From Octopus vulgaris (Eukaryota): a stretch of DNA of 64,000 bases. The notes under the pieces were generated by a model. That model made no database searches. It was not told where the DNA came from and saw nothing but the letters and a program-made list of their open reading frames with translations. The translations under genes were made by a program, and so were the position numbers. The DNA lies in assembly GCA_951406725.2 (NCBI GenBank), contig OX597827.1:81716001-81780000 (forward strand). The letters are read 5' to 3'. Below are positions 12,691 to 25,934 of the stretch, one piece after another (position 1 is the first letter of the stretch; each line of letters starts with the position of its first letter).

Positions 12691-14052
12691 TAACAACAAA
12701 CAAGATGAGGACAAATATCTGTCAAATGTAAATAATTCCTCATCTCTTAAATTTAGAACTGTAAAGCATTTGCAATCCAATTATTGATAATATTTAACCA
12801 TAAAAATACAACAGGAGTTTTTAGACCTTGAATGACTTTGAGGATTCGCTTTCACTGAGTAAAATAAGAATGAAAAGGGTTCATAGGTAAAAAATGGTTG
12901 AGAACCACTGACAGAGATGGAATAGGAACTTTAGGAAGTGTGGATGCATTTAATAGATGAAAATCTCCAGCAGAATAAATATATTCCAGTAAAATAAAAC
13001 AGTAAAATCTGAGGCAAGTAGTGATGGTCGGTTTAGACAAACTAGGAAGACAAAATATCTGTCAAGTGGAATCAAATAATTTGTTTAGAGAAAGAGTTGT
13101 ATGACATTTTGGGTAAGATTCTTCAATATAGAAATATGAAATGCTTGCAATAAACATTTCCTCTCTCTTTCTCTCAAGCAAAGTGTTCTGCTTAAAATGT
13201 TTCAGCTTTTTTTTGCTGGTAATAAAATAAATAATTCCTGTTTGTAAACATTTCTTTCTGGTTCTCAGTTCCTGCAAGAGTTTTGGAAACTACAACAGTT
13301 GAAGAATTGTTCATACAAATGCTTAAATATTTTGTGAATTGTAGAAACATAACCAGTTGATTGAACATAAATTTTAACAGCAAAATTTTATTTGGACCAC
13401 CAAGGGTCATATGAACCCTTTAAGGGCCATATGGATCCTGGTCAAGAATCACTGATTTTGAATTGCAGACCCTCCACTGGTGTTTATCTCTTTGTCCAGT
13501 GTGTTAGGTATATAACCTCATATCATATAATGTTTCATGTAATAAAGTACATTATTGAATTCCATATTGCAGTTGTTTCATCTTTGGAAAGGGTTTCATT
13601 CTTAAACCCAGGTTTTTTATCCAAGGTTTGCACCTGTTTGGTTACTATTCTTTCAAAACCCATTTTGCTTTTATCAATGTTCTAATTAGAGGGTTTTAAT
13701 CTTGATTACTCTTTCAATCCACCCATATTTACATTCATGTTTTATTCGTTAATAAACATATCTTGATAAATTTAGGGTTTTTTTGATGACTCTTTAATTA
13801 GCATCATCATGATTTAGTGAAGGCTCTTGGCTCATTTCCCCTTCAAAGAACTTTTAGAAAATATCTTTTTCCCTAGCCTCACATCTACCCAACATTTGTG
13901 AGTGGAGTTGGGTCAGATGGACTTAGCCAACGTTATTGCAGTCTACCTGAATATTATGGTCATGATACAAATATCTGAGGTGTACTCAGCTAGTTTCTCT
14001 ATAAAAGAATATGGAGTTCCATTGATAAAGCAAGTGGATATTTGTAGTATGG

Positions 14053-14380
14053 TACTGGCACTTTGCCAGTTATGACAATGACAGTTCCAGTCGATCCGAT
14101 CAATGAACAGCCTGCTCCTGAAATTAATGTGCAAGTGGCTGAGTACTCCACACACACATACACACTCCCTTAACATAATTTTCAGGGAGATTCAGTGTGA
14201 CAGAGAATGTGACAAGGCTGGCCCATTAGAATTACCAGTACAACTCATTTTTGCCAGCTGAGTGGACTGGAACAACAAAAAATAAAGTGTCTTGCTTAAG
14301 GACACAACATTTCACTGGGAATTGAACTCATGGCCTTATGATCATGAGCCAAATACTCCCAGCCACTAAGCCACATATCC
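14053..14380 (-). mobile_element. tRNA-derived SINE
   Basis: Minus-strand head GTGGCTTAGTGG...GAGTTCAATTCCC; body shared with 9250-9990 and 43218-43595. Confidence 0.75.
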
Positions 14381-16450
14381 CTCTAACAGATAATGTTCTC
14401 TCATTACTTTGACATCAAGTTTTCCTTTCACATCTACTTAACTTATCTCTGTCCTGTTTCATTACATATTTTCTCAATATTATTGTAATTAACTATTAAA
14501 ACAATTACCATATTTTACCAACCTTTATAATCCAGTCATTTTTAATCCCCTGAATTAAAGGTGATGGTTACACACCCTCACCCTTGCACTCTTATCTAAC
14601 TAAACCCACCCCTGCAGATAATTCTCAGTCATTCATTAATATTCAGGTTTTGTCTTCTAATTTTACCAACCAAACACAATAACCATCAGATTTCATCCTC
14701 TCAGAAGATAATGTGTTTGGAGATGTTTTTTCACACATTATTGTCCATTCCTTTGGTTCCTTGTGTTGTGTCTTAGAGAAGACGTTGATTTATTCTAGCT
14801 TGTCTGAAGTCTATAAAGCTGACAACAGTCTGTTTCATCTGAACGGCATGGAATGGTTACATATCACTCCAAAAATGACAAATATTTTATTCATATTCCT
14901 CCCATGAAGTTTGCTTTCACTTCTAAAATGCCAACTTTCCACTGATTTCTCTCCAGGGTGATTTCTGTTTACCAAACATCACCTCTCCACCTCTCCCTCT
15001 TCTCTCCATCTCCTGTTCACCTCTCCCACTTTCCACCTCTCCCTCCTTCCTTTTTCTTCTCTTCATATCTCCATCTCCTCCTCTCACCATTCTTCATAAA
15101 CCTGTGAAGACAACAGTGAATGGTTTACCTTTCATCTCGTCTTTTAGTTTCACTTACATATTATTTAAAGTTTATAAATCAATAAAATAACCAAATCTGT
15201 TCTTCTATTTCAATTTATTTTCATGACTAACACAGAAAATACACACACACACAGAGTTTTTCCAACCAAGCAGGTCTGAAGGAAGGGGCAATGCCCATTG
15301 CTTTCACAGACCCTCCATAAATGTTGTAAGTCAGAACTGCCAGAAAGGCATTGCATAAGTAGGGAATTTCAGAGGGTAACAATTACGGGGTGGAAGGACT
15401 GGGGTAAGTGGTTAGTGTGGGGCGTGGGTGGCTGGACATAGAATGAATGGAGGAAAGGTTAGTTGAGTGTATCTGAGGGCGTTGGTATGGGACCAACCCT
15501 CTTTGAAAAGCAAAGGTCAATGTAGTAGTAGTAGTAGTAGAAAAGACAGAGAGTGGCCACAGCACACTTGTGAAGTGTCTAGGCTTCATAGAAATGACTC
15601 TTGGGTGAGGAAGGTCAGGGAAGAATCAATGGTAGTATTACATATTCCACCCTTCATTCTTGATGTCTGTGTAGGAGGGGATGGCTTGTTGATGTAGAAA
15701 CATTTAAGAATTGAGACAAAAGACTCAGCCTTGCAGTTAACCGTAATTGATAGGATGTGTGTAAGAGAAATTCTATTTGACAAGAAGTTACCAATTAAAG
15801 AAAAAAAAATGGGACATAGTTGATGTTTAGAAGCAGAGAGTTTTGGCGAAAGATTGATGTGCTAGACATGGGGAAAAGCCTTTGATGGGGAACATGCTAC
15901 AGTTTTCATCAAATTCATGTAACTCCTGGGGTTGGGGGTAGTATAAAAGAGCAGCAGGAAGGCAGCATGCAGGGCAAAAATGCTTAGCAGTATTTCATCT
16001 GTCTTTATGTCCTGAGGTCAGCTGTAGATTTCATCCTTTTGAGGTCGATAATATAAGAACCAGTTATGCACTGGGGTTGACATAATTGACTTACATTCTC
16101 TCCTCAAAATATTAGTCTTGTGTCAAAATATGAAATAAACAGTAGGTTTCCAGTGGATCCCCAGGAAATTTCCTGTCTAAGGAGTTGTCCAGTAGGTTTC
16201 CAATAGGCGTCCAGTAGTTCTCCAATAGGCGTCCAGTAGTTCTAGCTCTACATTAGACAGTAGTGGCAATCAGTATCAGGGAAAGATTGATTCAGTAGAT
16301 TAACAGAAAATGTTGTTATATTAACGTCTGCATCCCTCATCTTTGAGTCATTGGAGAGGACTGAGGGAGGGCCAGAGAAGTTGCTCTTCCATCTGGGAAT
16401 GGTACAGACTGTTGTGTGTTTCCAGAGATAGGAATATAGACAGATAGATA

Positions 16451-16568
16451 AGCAAGAATGTTGTTGACAGTGACTTTAAAGTTTGGGTCAGTTAAGCCAT
16501 TGTCAGTAGACCAACAATCACTTAACCGGCTGAAACTGCGAAGTCACTGTCAACAATATTCCTGTTTA
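16451..16568. repeat. Imperfect inverted repeat
   Basis: GAATGTTGTTGACAGTGACTT...AAGTCACTGTCAACAATATTC. Confidence 0.75.
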
Positions 16569-16687
16569 AGAATACTAAATTTGTCCTACAGAAGTGTAGA
16601 GTGACCCATCAGGTTAATGTCAAATTGTTTTTATTATAGAAATAATGCATTTCTAAATCTCTCAGAGAGATTTATGCAGTAGCAGCA

Positions 16688-16975
16688 TGATAAAGTGTTG
16701 TCAGCTTAATGTGGCTGTCCCATGAAAGGGAAGAATGTTACTGTTATTTAGCCCTAGGAAACACTGTTTCCTGTTGGACTTCAAACATTTCCTGTGTCCT
16801 TATGTTTTTTTGTTTATTTTTTTTTGCTGGATGGAGGTGCTTGTCTCTACTTTGAAAGCATTAGGACACAGGAAATGTGTCAAGTCCAACAGGAAATGGT
16901 GTTTCCTAGGTTTAAATAACAGTAGCATTCTTCCCTTTCATGGCACTGTCACATTAAATTGACAACATACTATCA
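16688..16975. repeat. Fold-back element with ~120 bp arms
   Basis: TGTTGTCA...CCATGAAAGGGAAGAATG...CATTCTTCCCTTTCATGG...TGACAACA; distantly similar to 17146-17753. Confidence 0.8.
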
Positions 16976-17145
16976 CTTTGTTTTTATTATAACTGAACAT
17001 AAAAATAGACAGAAGGGAGAACAGCATGGTTCCTATATTTGGATGCCCTTCCTAGTGCCAACCACTTTATAGAGTGGACTGGGTATCTTTTATGTGGCAC
17101 CAACATGGGGGATGGCTTTAAAAAACTGAAGAAGCAAACTTGGCT

Positions 17146-17753
17146 CTAGAGTAAAGATTGTTTGCCAACATAACATGGCAGTCCTGGTTTAGGACAAATG
17201 TTGCTGTAATTTAGCCCCAGGAGACATCGTCTCCAGCTGGCTATATGACATGATCTATGTCCTTATATTTATGAACAAGGGAACCTAGCACCCCCACTCA
17301 GCTCAAAACAATATCTGTGTATCATGATTTCTGGGTTATTTCTCTTCATCGGCACAGAATAATCGTTCGGCTAGAGGTGGCACTGCCAAATTCCCATTCA
17401 AAATATATAGTTTTCAAAGTGACAATTAGTCACTCATCTATAAATTAGAAAATTACTATTTTTAAATCTCACAGCGAGAGATATTCAGTAATTGTACTTT
17501 GGAGTAAAGATTTTTGCCCACATAGCATGGCAGTCTTGGTTTAGGACGAATGTTGCTGTAATTTAGCTCCGGGATTCCCTTTTTCGAAAATATAAGGACA
17601 CAGATTGTGTCGTATAACCAGCTGGAGACGATGTCTTCTGGGGCTAAAATTACAGCAACATTCGTCCTAAACCAGGACTGCCATGTTATTTGGCAAACAA
17701 TCTTTACTCCAAAGTACTGTTGCTGAATATCTCTCATTATGAGATTTAAAAAT
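17146..17753. mobile_element. Penelope-like non-autonomous element: partial tandem plus inverted segment, 13-bp TSD
   Basis: Direct repeat 17149-17220 / 17502-17570; inverted repeat 17456-17755; exact AGCAAACTTGGCT at 17133-17145 and 17754-17766; internal hammerhead motif. Confidence 0.8.
17314..17358 (-). ncRNA. Hammerhead-like motif, CCGAUGA core variant
   Basis: TCTGTG-CCGATGA-A-GAG-aaataa-CCC-A-GAAA-TCATGA-TA-CACAGA; 6-bp helix I; palindromic helix III ATCATGAT. Confidence 0.6.
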
Positions 17754-19213
17754 AGCAAACTTGGCTATGTTTCTTCATCTTGGAAAGAAGAATTAAAGGA
17801 ATGAAGATGAGTGATGACTAAGAGCCAGGAGGCTGGATGGTGACTGATTGATTGAAAGGTGGTTATTTCCTTATGAGAGTAAATCTATTTTATTTAACAT
17901 GTGAGGGTGCATCATTTAGGGTGACTGGATTCACGATTGTAAAGTTTCAGTTTCAATTCCCATTTCTAGTTGTATATTTTATTCTTGGGCCAAAAAAACT
18001 CATTTCCTGTTGCTCCAATCCACTCTGCAGCAAATGAGTACCAGTAATATCTACAGGTGTGAGGTTAACTATGGGATGGAGTGGTGTCCCATTTAGATGG
18101 TGGTAGTTGTGATGATGATGACAATGAAGGTGATGATGGTGATGGTGATGATGATGAAAACGATGATGGTGATGATGACCATGATGATGATGGTGGTGGT
18201 GATTATGATAAATATGAAAATGGTCTTCTTTGTTTCATTTCAGCTTCCGACTCGGCTGCCGAAACGATAGGATGTCAGTGTGCCACAGTGAAGGACCCTT
18301 ATCTGCGACAGAAGGCACATACATACATGCACACATACAGACACTGTGTATACACACACACACATATATAGATATACTTGCACAAATGTACACACAGCAC
18401 ATATCCTCAAACATACACACACTTACTCATTCACACATACATAAACATGTCTACATACACACACACCCATCCACAACCACATACATGTCCTATGTACACA
18501 AACACAAACATACGTCTGCAACCCCCTACTTTGAAACTTATTTTGTTCACACCTTTACACATTCACACATGTGTACATATACCCGCATACAGACTGTGAA
18601 CAAAACACACATACAATTAATGTATGACAATAACATAAAATTCATACACAAATATTGTAACACCATTCTTACAAATCTATCTGTTAATGCCTACACAAAG
18701 AAATCCCATAACTACACACACACACACACACACATCTATCTTGTACTATTTCTGACATAGAAACAAGGCCACACAATTTATGGGAAAGAACAGTCAATGA
18801 TGTTAACCCCAGTATTTTCCTGGTATGTTAATTTGTCAACCCAGGAGGGACGAAATCTAAAGTGGACCACAGCCAGATTTGATCCCAGAATGTCCAGTCA
18901 CAGAGCCACCTCCAGGTAATTCTGCTACATTTTTTCTGTCTTAGATTCTGTTGTTCTTCACTATTTTCATATCAGACCTTGATGGGTGCTCTCGCACCAA
19001 GAACTGGGTCTCTTGATTTTTAGATACAAGGGGTAAATTGATGGAGCAGAACCTGTGGGGTTCATATAACTCTGTGTCAGGAGTAATAATGGATCTTTAG
19101 TTTAATGGATTTATAGAAGTGAATCAGATTGGAGGGGTTGTCATCCAGCATAGTCTCTGATCAACCAGTGTCATGAGAGTGTGTGTATATGTATGTGTGT
19201 GTGTATGTTTATA

Positions 19214-19650
19214 GGGACTAGTGTGGCCGTGTGGTAAGAAGCTTGCTTCCCAGCCACTGGGTTCAGTCCCACTGCGCCTTGAACAAATGCCTTCTTCTAT
19301 TGCTGACCAAAGCTTTCTGAGTGGATTTGGCAGATGGAAACTGAAAGAAGCCCATCGTATATAAATGTGTGTGTGTACATAATATATATGTGGATGAGTG
19401 TGTGTATCTTTGTGTCTTTTTGTTTTGACATTGTGTGATAGCTGTAAATGAGTGTCACTGTTATACAAGCAGTGTCATTCATTTCTAATTTTCTGTGAAA
19501 ACATATCGGCCATGAGGAAGTATTACTTTTCATGGGAACAGATGAGGCTTGGTGACAGGAAAGGCATTCAGCCATAGAAAATTTGCTTCAATAAACTTTG
19601 TCCGACCCCTGCAGGCATGGAAGAAGGGACCTCAAAGCAATGATGATGAT
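19214..19650 (+). mobile_element. tRNA-derived SINE with an RTE-type 3' tail
   Basis: Head GTGGCCGTGTGGTAAGAAGCTTGCTTCCC shared with the 58250 family; tail GGAAAGGCATTCAGCCATAGAAA...GCATGGAAG...(GAT)n. Confidence 0.7.
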
Positions 19651-21312
19651 TGATGTTGAATATAAGTATATATATATGTATGTATTGATCTATGTATGTG
19701 TGTATTTATGTATGTGTCTGTATGTATGTATGTATCAATGTATATATGTGTGCACATACGTGAATGTGTGTGTGTATGTGCAAGCCAGTTTGTGTTTCGT
19801 CTTTCACAACCCAGCAGTTCATCAAAAAGAGTCCAATTGAATAAGTGGTGGGCCTAAAATAATTCCTGGAGTCCATTTGATCCATTCAAGCCTTCAAGGC
19901 AGTGCTCCAGCATGGCCACAATTCAATAACCAAAACAAATAAACAAGCAAAGGAATCTGTATAATTTAATTTTCTTGCACTTAAACCAGCCATATTTGGC
20001 CAAAATATTTTGTTTCATGTTCAAACTGGTCAGATCCAGTCTCTCTAACTTGCCAGGTCATTCTAAAAGTAAAAGTCCATCTGACCCAATGTCACTGAAA
20101 TCTAGAAGTTATGAGATAATGAATGATTAATTAAAAACAAATATCTAAATAAGCAATACATTTGAGAGAGTAATGTGAATGCTAAATGGTTGTCTGTTTT
20201 GCTGTTGAGATCTGGTTGTTTTGGTATCAACCAACTTGAGATCGTCCTGGCTTCTATCATACAAATCACCTGTTTTAAAATAATCTTAATTAAAAACTTC
20301 CTTTGAAATTTCATGTTAATTTGTGTTCTAAGCTGCAAGTTAATAATGCCAAAATTATTTTACCAAATTTTTCATTATTTTTAACATTATTTGAAACAAA
20401 GGCTGTGTGTTGCAATAAAAATATGGCAACAAAATGTTTAACCTTTTGGATACTGACCCACCTGAAACTGCTCCTGGTTCTATGTTGAAAACCCCATTTT
20501 AAAGGGATCCAAATGAAAACCTTCCATTGAAATTTCATTCTAATGTATGTTCCAATCACCAGCTTAATAATCCCTTAGATTAGAAGGCCTGAAATTTCAC
20601 GAGGGAGGGCGAAGCCGATTACATCGAACCAGTGCTTCACTCGTATTTATTTTATCAACCCCCAAAAGAATACAAGGTAAAGTTGACCTGGGTAGAATTT
20701 GAACTCAGAAGATAAAGGGCTGAAAGAAAGTTCGCTAACCATTCTACGATCTCCCTTCCTTAAACACCAGCTCAATAATGGCAAATATTTTACCAAATTC
20801 TTCATTATTTCGTGAATTGAGAACTACTAAGGAAGAGGTTAGAAGCATTTCTGTATCACACCCTGTGCTTCAGTTCTGTTATGGTTATCATGTTTGTTAT
20901 ATTAAAGAAAACAGACGATTTAGTAATTAGCAGGGCGGAGGGGAGTCCTTCCAGCACCCCCATCTGAAGAGGTGTCGCAAGTGGGAAGAGAGGAAACTGA
21001 GCATTTAAGTGGTGGGTAGAGGAAAAGGAATTGCAGTGTTACAGGGTTGTAGAACTAATGGATGGTGTTGGGTGAGAGAAAGATGATGGGCATCTCTCAG
21101 TTTCCATTTACAACATCCACTCATAAATCTCTGGTCAGTCTGGGGGCTATACTAGAAGATACTCAATGTATTATGCAGGGGTGTTGAAACCAAAATCAAA
21201 TGGTTGGAAAGAAAATTTGTTAGCTACATAGGCACAGACATATGTGACCGCATGTGTACTGTTGGCAATTTTTTTTCTTGTCTTCCCTTCCCTGGATCTT
21301 TCCTTCTCTTAT

Positions 21313-21347
21313 GTTTCCAACGAAGAGCTCCGCTCGAAATGTTAAAC
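21313..21347 (+). ncRNA. Degenerate minimal hammerhead motif
   Basis: GTTT-CCAACGA-A-GAGC-tcc-GCTC-GAAA-TG-TT-AAAC within a ~230 bp repeat (21220-21450) related to 23880-24075 and 48205-48395. Confidence 0.5.
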
Positions 21348-21982
21348 CCTCCTTCTTTCCTTCTTTCCTGAGCGTCCAATAATACTATATTTGTTCCACG
21401 TCCTCGCATTGTTGTGTTTTCTCTTTGTGTTTTCATGTTTGGATTAACTATATATATATATATATAATGATGATAATAATAATAAGGGAATATTATTCCA
21501 AACTTACAGGGAAAAATTCAATTTAGAAATACTAAATCAAATTTCACAAAATATAATATATATATATAAATTAGAGAAAATATATACCAAATATATACGT
21601 TTTATTTATTATTTTGCACATTACGTAATCATCGTTATATGTTTTATCTTATATTTAATTTTTCTATTTGTAATTTTCTAGATGGTATAATTTAATTTTT
21701 CATTATTGAATTGATAAAAGGCAGTTTTTTCTCTAATTCATATATATATAGACACACACACACATATATATATAAGTAAATAGATAGATAGAAGTTGATA
21801 ATTCTGCTAGTGTTGATAATTTTGTTTGCTGCTGACATGTCTATGTGCTTTTAGCATACAGCTATACAAGATATGTTCTGAGGACAAATACTACAACTTT
21901 ACAGTGTTGTCATAGTATGTTCATGTTAAGTTGGATGTATAGATTATTGTTCTCTTCTAATACTGCTTCTACCTGATAATAA

Positions 21983-22045
<63 letters not shown>

Positions 22046-22232
22046 ATGTGTCTGTGTATATATATGTATGAGATCTGTGTCGGTGTATATATATGTATGA
22101 TGTGTGTGTGTGTATAAATATGTATGATATGTGTGTATATATATGTATGATGTGTGTGTGTATATATATATATATATTGTTTTTTTTAAATGATAGATAC
22201 AGAAGGCAAAATGTAACTAGAAACTTTATTAG

Positions 22233-22335
22233 CACAACAATCGTTTCAGCTTCATTCTGTGCTGCTCCCTAATGGGTGTGGGATGATGTAATGACATTAG
22301 GTGCAGCACACAGTGCAAAAGAGCCTCATCAGGTG
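22233..22335 (-). ncRNA. Hammerhead ribozyme motif with a long helix II
   Basis: CAC-CTGATGA-GGCT...GTGCTGC.CCTAATG...CATTAGG..GCAGCAC...AGCT-GAAA-CGATTG-TT-GTG. Confidence 0.7.
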
Positions 22336-23947
22336 ATGTAACATGCTTCACAAGTTCCCAGATTCACATTTCATTTTCACTCCAAGTTATATGCTGGTGG
22401 TGGGATGCTACCAGTTCACACACACACATACACACACGTGGAACCGAAATGGGGTTTCGAATTTATTACAGCTGTTTCAGTAGCATTTTATTGATGCATT
22501 CATAGATTATATATCATAGCATAAATCCACCATCCTCAGGTAAAATTTTAAATATACAAATAGATAGGCGAGGTAAAACTTAGAAGATGACTAATTCAAC
22601 AACTAATAATCATCAATTGAAACTTACTTGTTTGATATTACAGTGGACCACTGCACCACAACACAAGACACCACTGCCACTACTACCACGTACCATTACA
22701 GCACACCACCACATGTCACCAATATGACTATCATAACCACCACCACCACCAACACCATCACCACAAACAACACCACTACTGCCACCACTACCACTGCTAC
22801 CACCATCAACACCATCAAAGCCACAACAACAAGTTTACTATTTGCAATGGGAAAAATCTGTATTTGAAATAAAAAAAAAAAAACTGACATTAAAAATGGC
22901 TAAAAACACCTGAAACAAAAACTGGATAAAAAAAACACTACAAAATCACTATGATCCTCACAAAACTCAACAAACAATTTACAAAATTGCTACTAAACTC
23001 TACAAAAGTTTTACTAAAACATTATTACAGACAGAAGAAAAATACTAAAAGAACTTGAAATTATCTACAAAATATTTAAATTTTTACAAAAATGATATTG
23101 ATAGTGATTTAAAAACTTTAAAAAATAGTGAAAATAAATGTATAAAAATGCACAGGCTTGGCTGTGTGGTAAGAATCTTGCTTTCCAACCACATGGTTCT
23201 GGTTTCAGTTCAACTGGGTGGAACCTTGAGTAAGTACCTTCTACAAAAGTCTCAGGTTGACCAAAGCCTTGTGAGTGGATTTGGTAGACAGAAACTGAAA
23301 GATGCCAGGTTTGTGTTTGGACTGTCTTTGCACAGGGGTCATCTGGACTCCTGCCTTCACTGTAAACAGGAATTAATCTTCTCTCTTCACTCTTTTGCAC
23401 CTCATGGGCTCAACTCATCTTTTCATCTGACACCAACCTCACCTCCTCTCTTCATTTGAAACCAACCCCACACCACTCCACACACATGAGCACTGACCAC
23501 TTTCCAGCATCCATACCACTAGATAAGCAGCCATGCACACTGTTTAACTCAGTACACACACCATACACCATCATACACACTCACACAAGCACATAATACC
23601 TGGACACAGGTTATACACACACACACACACACAACACGCATTAACATATGCAACATACATAGACAAAGATAACTTTCACCCACATATATACACCATACAG
23701 TCACATACACACACACAAGTGCACAAGCACACATCAACTGCTACACAATACACACATTACACTCACTCACACGTGTCTGAGTCACTCACCCCTATTTACA
23801 CACACATGCGCACCTTTTCTTGTTGGGATCACTAGCACTTTATTATCTCCCTTTCTTTCAACCTCTTTTTTTCCAATCATTTGCCATGTTGGGTCGCTGA
23901 AATCTACACGATTTTTTCATTCTCTCTCTGTGTTTATTTTCTCTTAT

Positions 23948-23986
23948 TCTTTTCTGATGAAGAGCTTAGGCTTGAAACATAAGAGA
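23948..23986 (+). ncRNA. Minimal hammerhead motif
   Basis: TCTTTT-CTGATGA-A-GAGC-ttag-GCTT-GAAA-CA-TA-AGAGA. Confidence 0.6.
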
Positions 23987-24076
23987 CTTTTTTCATTTTC
24001 ACAAGCGTCAAACTAACACACTTGCTTGTTGTTCATACACCTGTCTTTGTCTTTTGTTTTTTTATAAATTTCAGCC

Positions 24077-24107
<31 letters not shown>

Positions 24108-24108
<1 letters not shown>

Positions 24109-24375
24109 CATCATCATCATCGTTTAACATCCGTTTTCCATGCTAGCATGGGTTGGACGGTTCGACCGGGGTCTGGGAAACGAGAATGCTGCACCAGGCT
24201 CCAGTCTGATCTGGCAGTGTTTCTACAGCTGGATGCCCTTCCTAATGCCAACCACTCTGTAAGTGTAGTGGGTGCTTTTTACGTACCACCGGCACGGAAG
24301 CCAGTCAAGGCGGCGCTGGCATCGGCCACCTTCGGATGGTGCCTTTTACATGCCACCGGCATTGATTTTTGATGT
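24108..24375 (-). mobile_element. RTE 3' end (solo tail)
   Basis: Reverse complement of 25200-25413 with (GAT)n tail. Confidence 0.85.
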
Positions 24376-24430
24376 TGATGTATATATACATATATATATA
24401 TAGATAGATGTATATGTATATATATATAGA

Positions 24431-24469
<39 letters not shown>

Positions 24470-25412
24470 CTTAGGAAGCTTCTCCCCCTACTGGCGACAA
24501 AGGGTCTCTCTCTCAGAGTAACAGGTAGGTTGTACGATGCATGTGTGCGAACTGCCATGCTTCATGGCACTGAAACATGGGCTGTGATTGCGGAGGACAT
24601 GCGTAGGCTCGAAAGAAATGAAGCTAGTATGATCCGCTGGATGTGTAATGTCAGTGTCCATGCACGACAGAGTGTAAGCGTCCTGGGAGAAATGTTGGGC
24701 ATAAGAAGCATTGGATGTGGCGTGTTGGAGAGACGATTGCATTGGTATGATCATGTACTACGGATGGACGAGGAGAGATGTGTGAAGAAGTGCTACTTCC
24801 AAACAGTTGAAGGAATACGGGGTAGAGGTAGACCCAGGAAGACATGGGACGAGGTGGTCAAGCATGACCTTCATACTTTGAGCCTCACAGAGGCTATGAC
24901 GAAAGACTGAGACCTCTGGAGATATGCTGTGACTTCAAAGACCCAACAAATGAAGTGAGTTCACGGCTCGCAGGATGGCCTGCTTTGCTAACCTTGGATC
25001 GTAGAGTGACCTGCTGTTCTTGAGGAGACCTGTTGAGTCAAGTTCGTCAACATCAAAAATTCGAATGGTAATTGTAGTTAAGACACCAGTGCTGGTGACA
25101 CGTAAAAGCACCGTTTGAGCGTAGCAGTTACTAGCGTCGCCTAACTGGCGTCCGTGTTGGTGACATGTAAAAGCACCAACCGATCGTGGCCGTTTGCCAG
25201 CCTGCGCTGGCTCCTGTGCCGGTGGCACGTAAAAAATACCCACTACACTCACGGAGTGGTTGGCGTTAGGAAGGGCATCCAGCTGTAGAAACACTGCCAG
25301 ATCAGACTGGAGCCTGGTGCAGCCTCCATGGCTTACCAGACCCCGGTCGAACCGTCCAACCCATGCTAGCATGGAAAACGGACGTTAAATGATGATGATG
25401 ATGATGATGATG

Positions 25413-25413
<1 letters not shown>
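24470..25413 (+). mobile_element. 5'-truncated RTE LINE
   Basis: ORF 24530-24910 YDACVRTAMLHGTETW...RRLHWYDHVLRM...GRGRPRKTW; 3' UTR and (GAT)n tail. Confidence 0.9.
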
Positions 25414-25446
<33 letters not shown>

Positions 25447-25773
25447 ATGGGTGGGTGTTTTTGTCTGTGTTTGTTCTCCACCACCACCACCACCACCACT
25501 TGAAAACCAATGTCGGTGTGTTTCCATCCGCATAACCTAGCAGCTCGGTAAAAAAGACCAATAAAATAAGTTCCAGGTTTAGAAAACATAAGTCATGGGC
25601 TCAACTCATTCAACTAAAATTCTTCGTGGCAATGATCCAGCCTGGCCACACTCTAATGGCTGAAACAAGTAAAAAAAATAAAAACACAGAGGACAGATAT
25701 TACAGATGTTGTTGAGAAACACTTAAGAAAAACTGTGAAGGAAATAGTTGACAACTTTACATAATCTGTTGTG

Positions 25774-25934
25774 TCTGGGGAGAGTCATTTTCTTTTACTG
25801 CCCTACAATTTAACACACTCACCAGTAAAATTTCCGCTTATCTCTTTTTTCTTTAATTATATAAAATGAAGTGGAAATTTTACTGGTGAGTGTGTTAAAT
25901 TATAGGGCAGTAAAAGAGAATGCTTCTCTCCAGA
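25774..25934. repeat. Inverted repeat with ~65 bp arms
   Basis: TTTTACTGCCCTACAATTTAACACACTCACCAGTAAAATTTCC...GGAAATTTTACTGGTGAGTGTGTTAAATTATAGGGCAGTAAAA. Confidence 0.85.

Larger units (their letters stand above)
12300..12762. mobile_element. Fold-back element with a hammerhead motif in each arm and a tRNA-like centre (Penelope-related, non-autonomous)
   Basis: 12301-12736 is a near-perfect inverted repeat; flanked by AAA(A/G)CATTTGCA at 12288-12299 and 12763-12774. Confidence 0.8.

Noticed and set aside
13060-13330. Penelope GIY-YIG remnant (CLQTGIIYFIT...RKREEMFI)
   Set aside because: Only a faint motif resemblance; cannot be supported without a profile search
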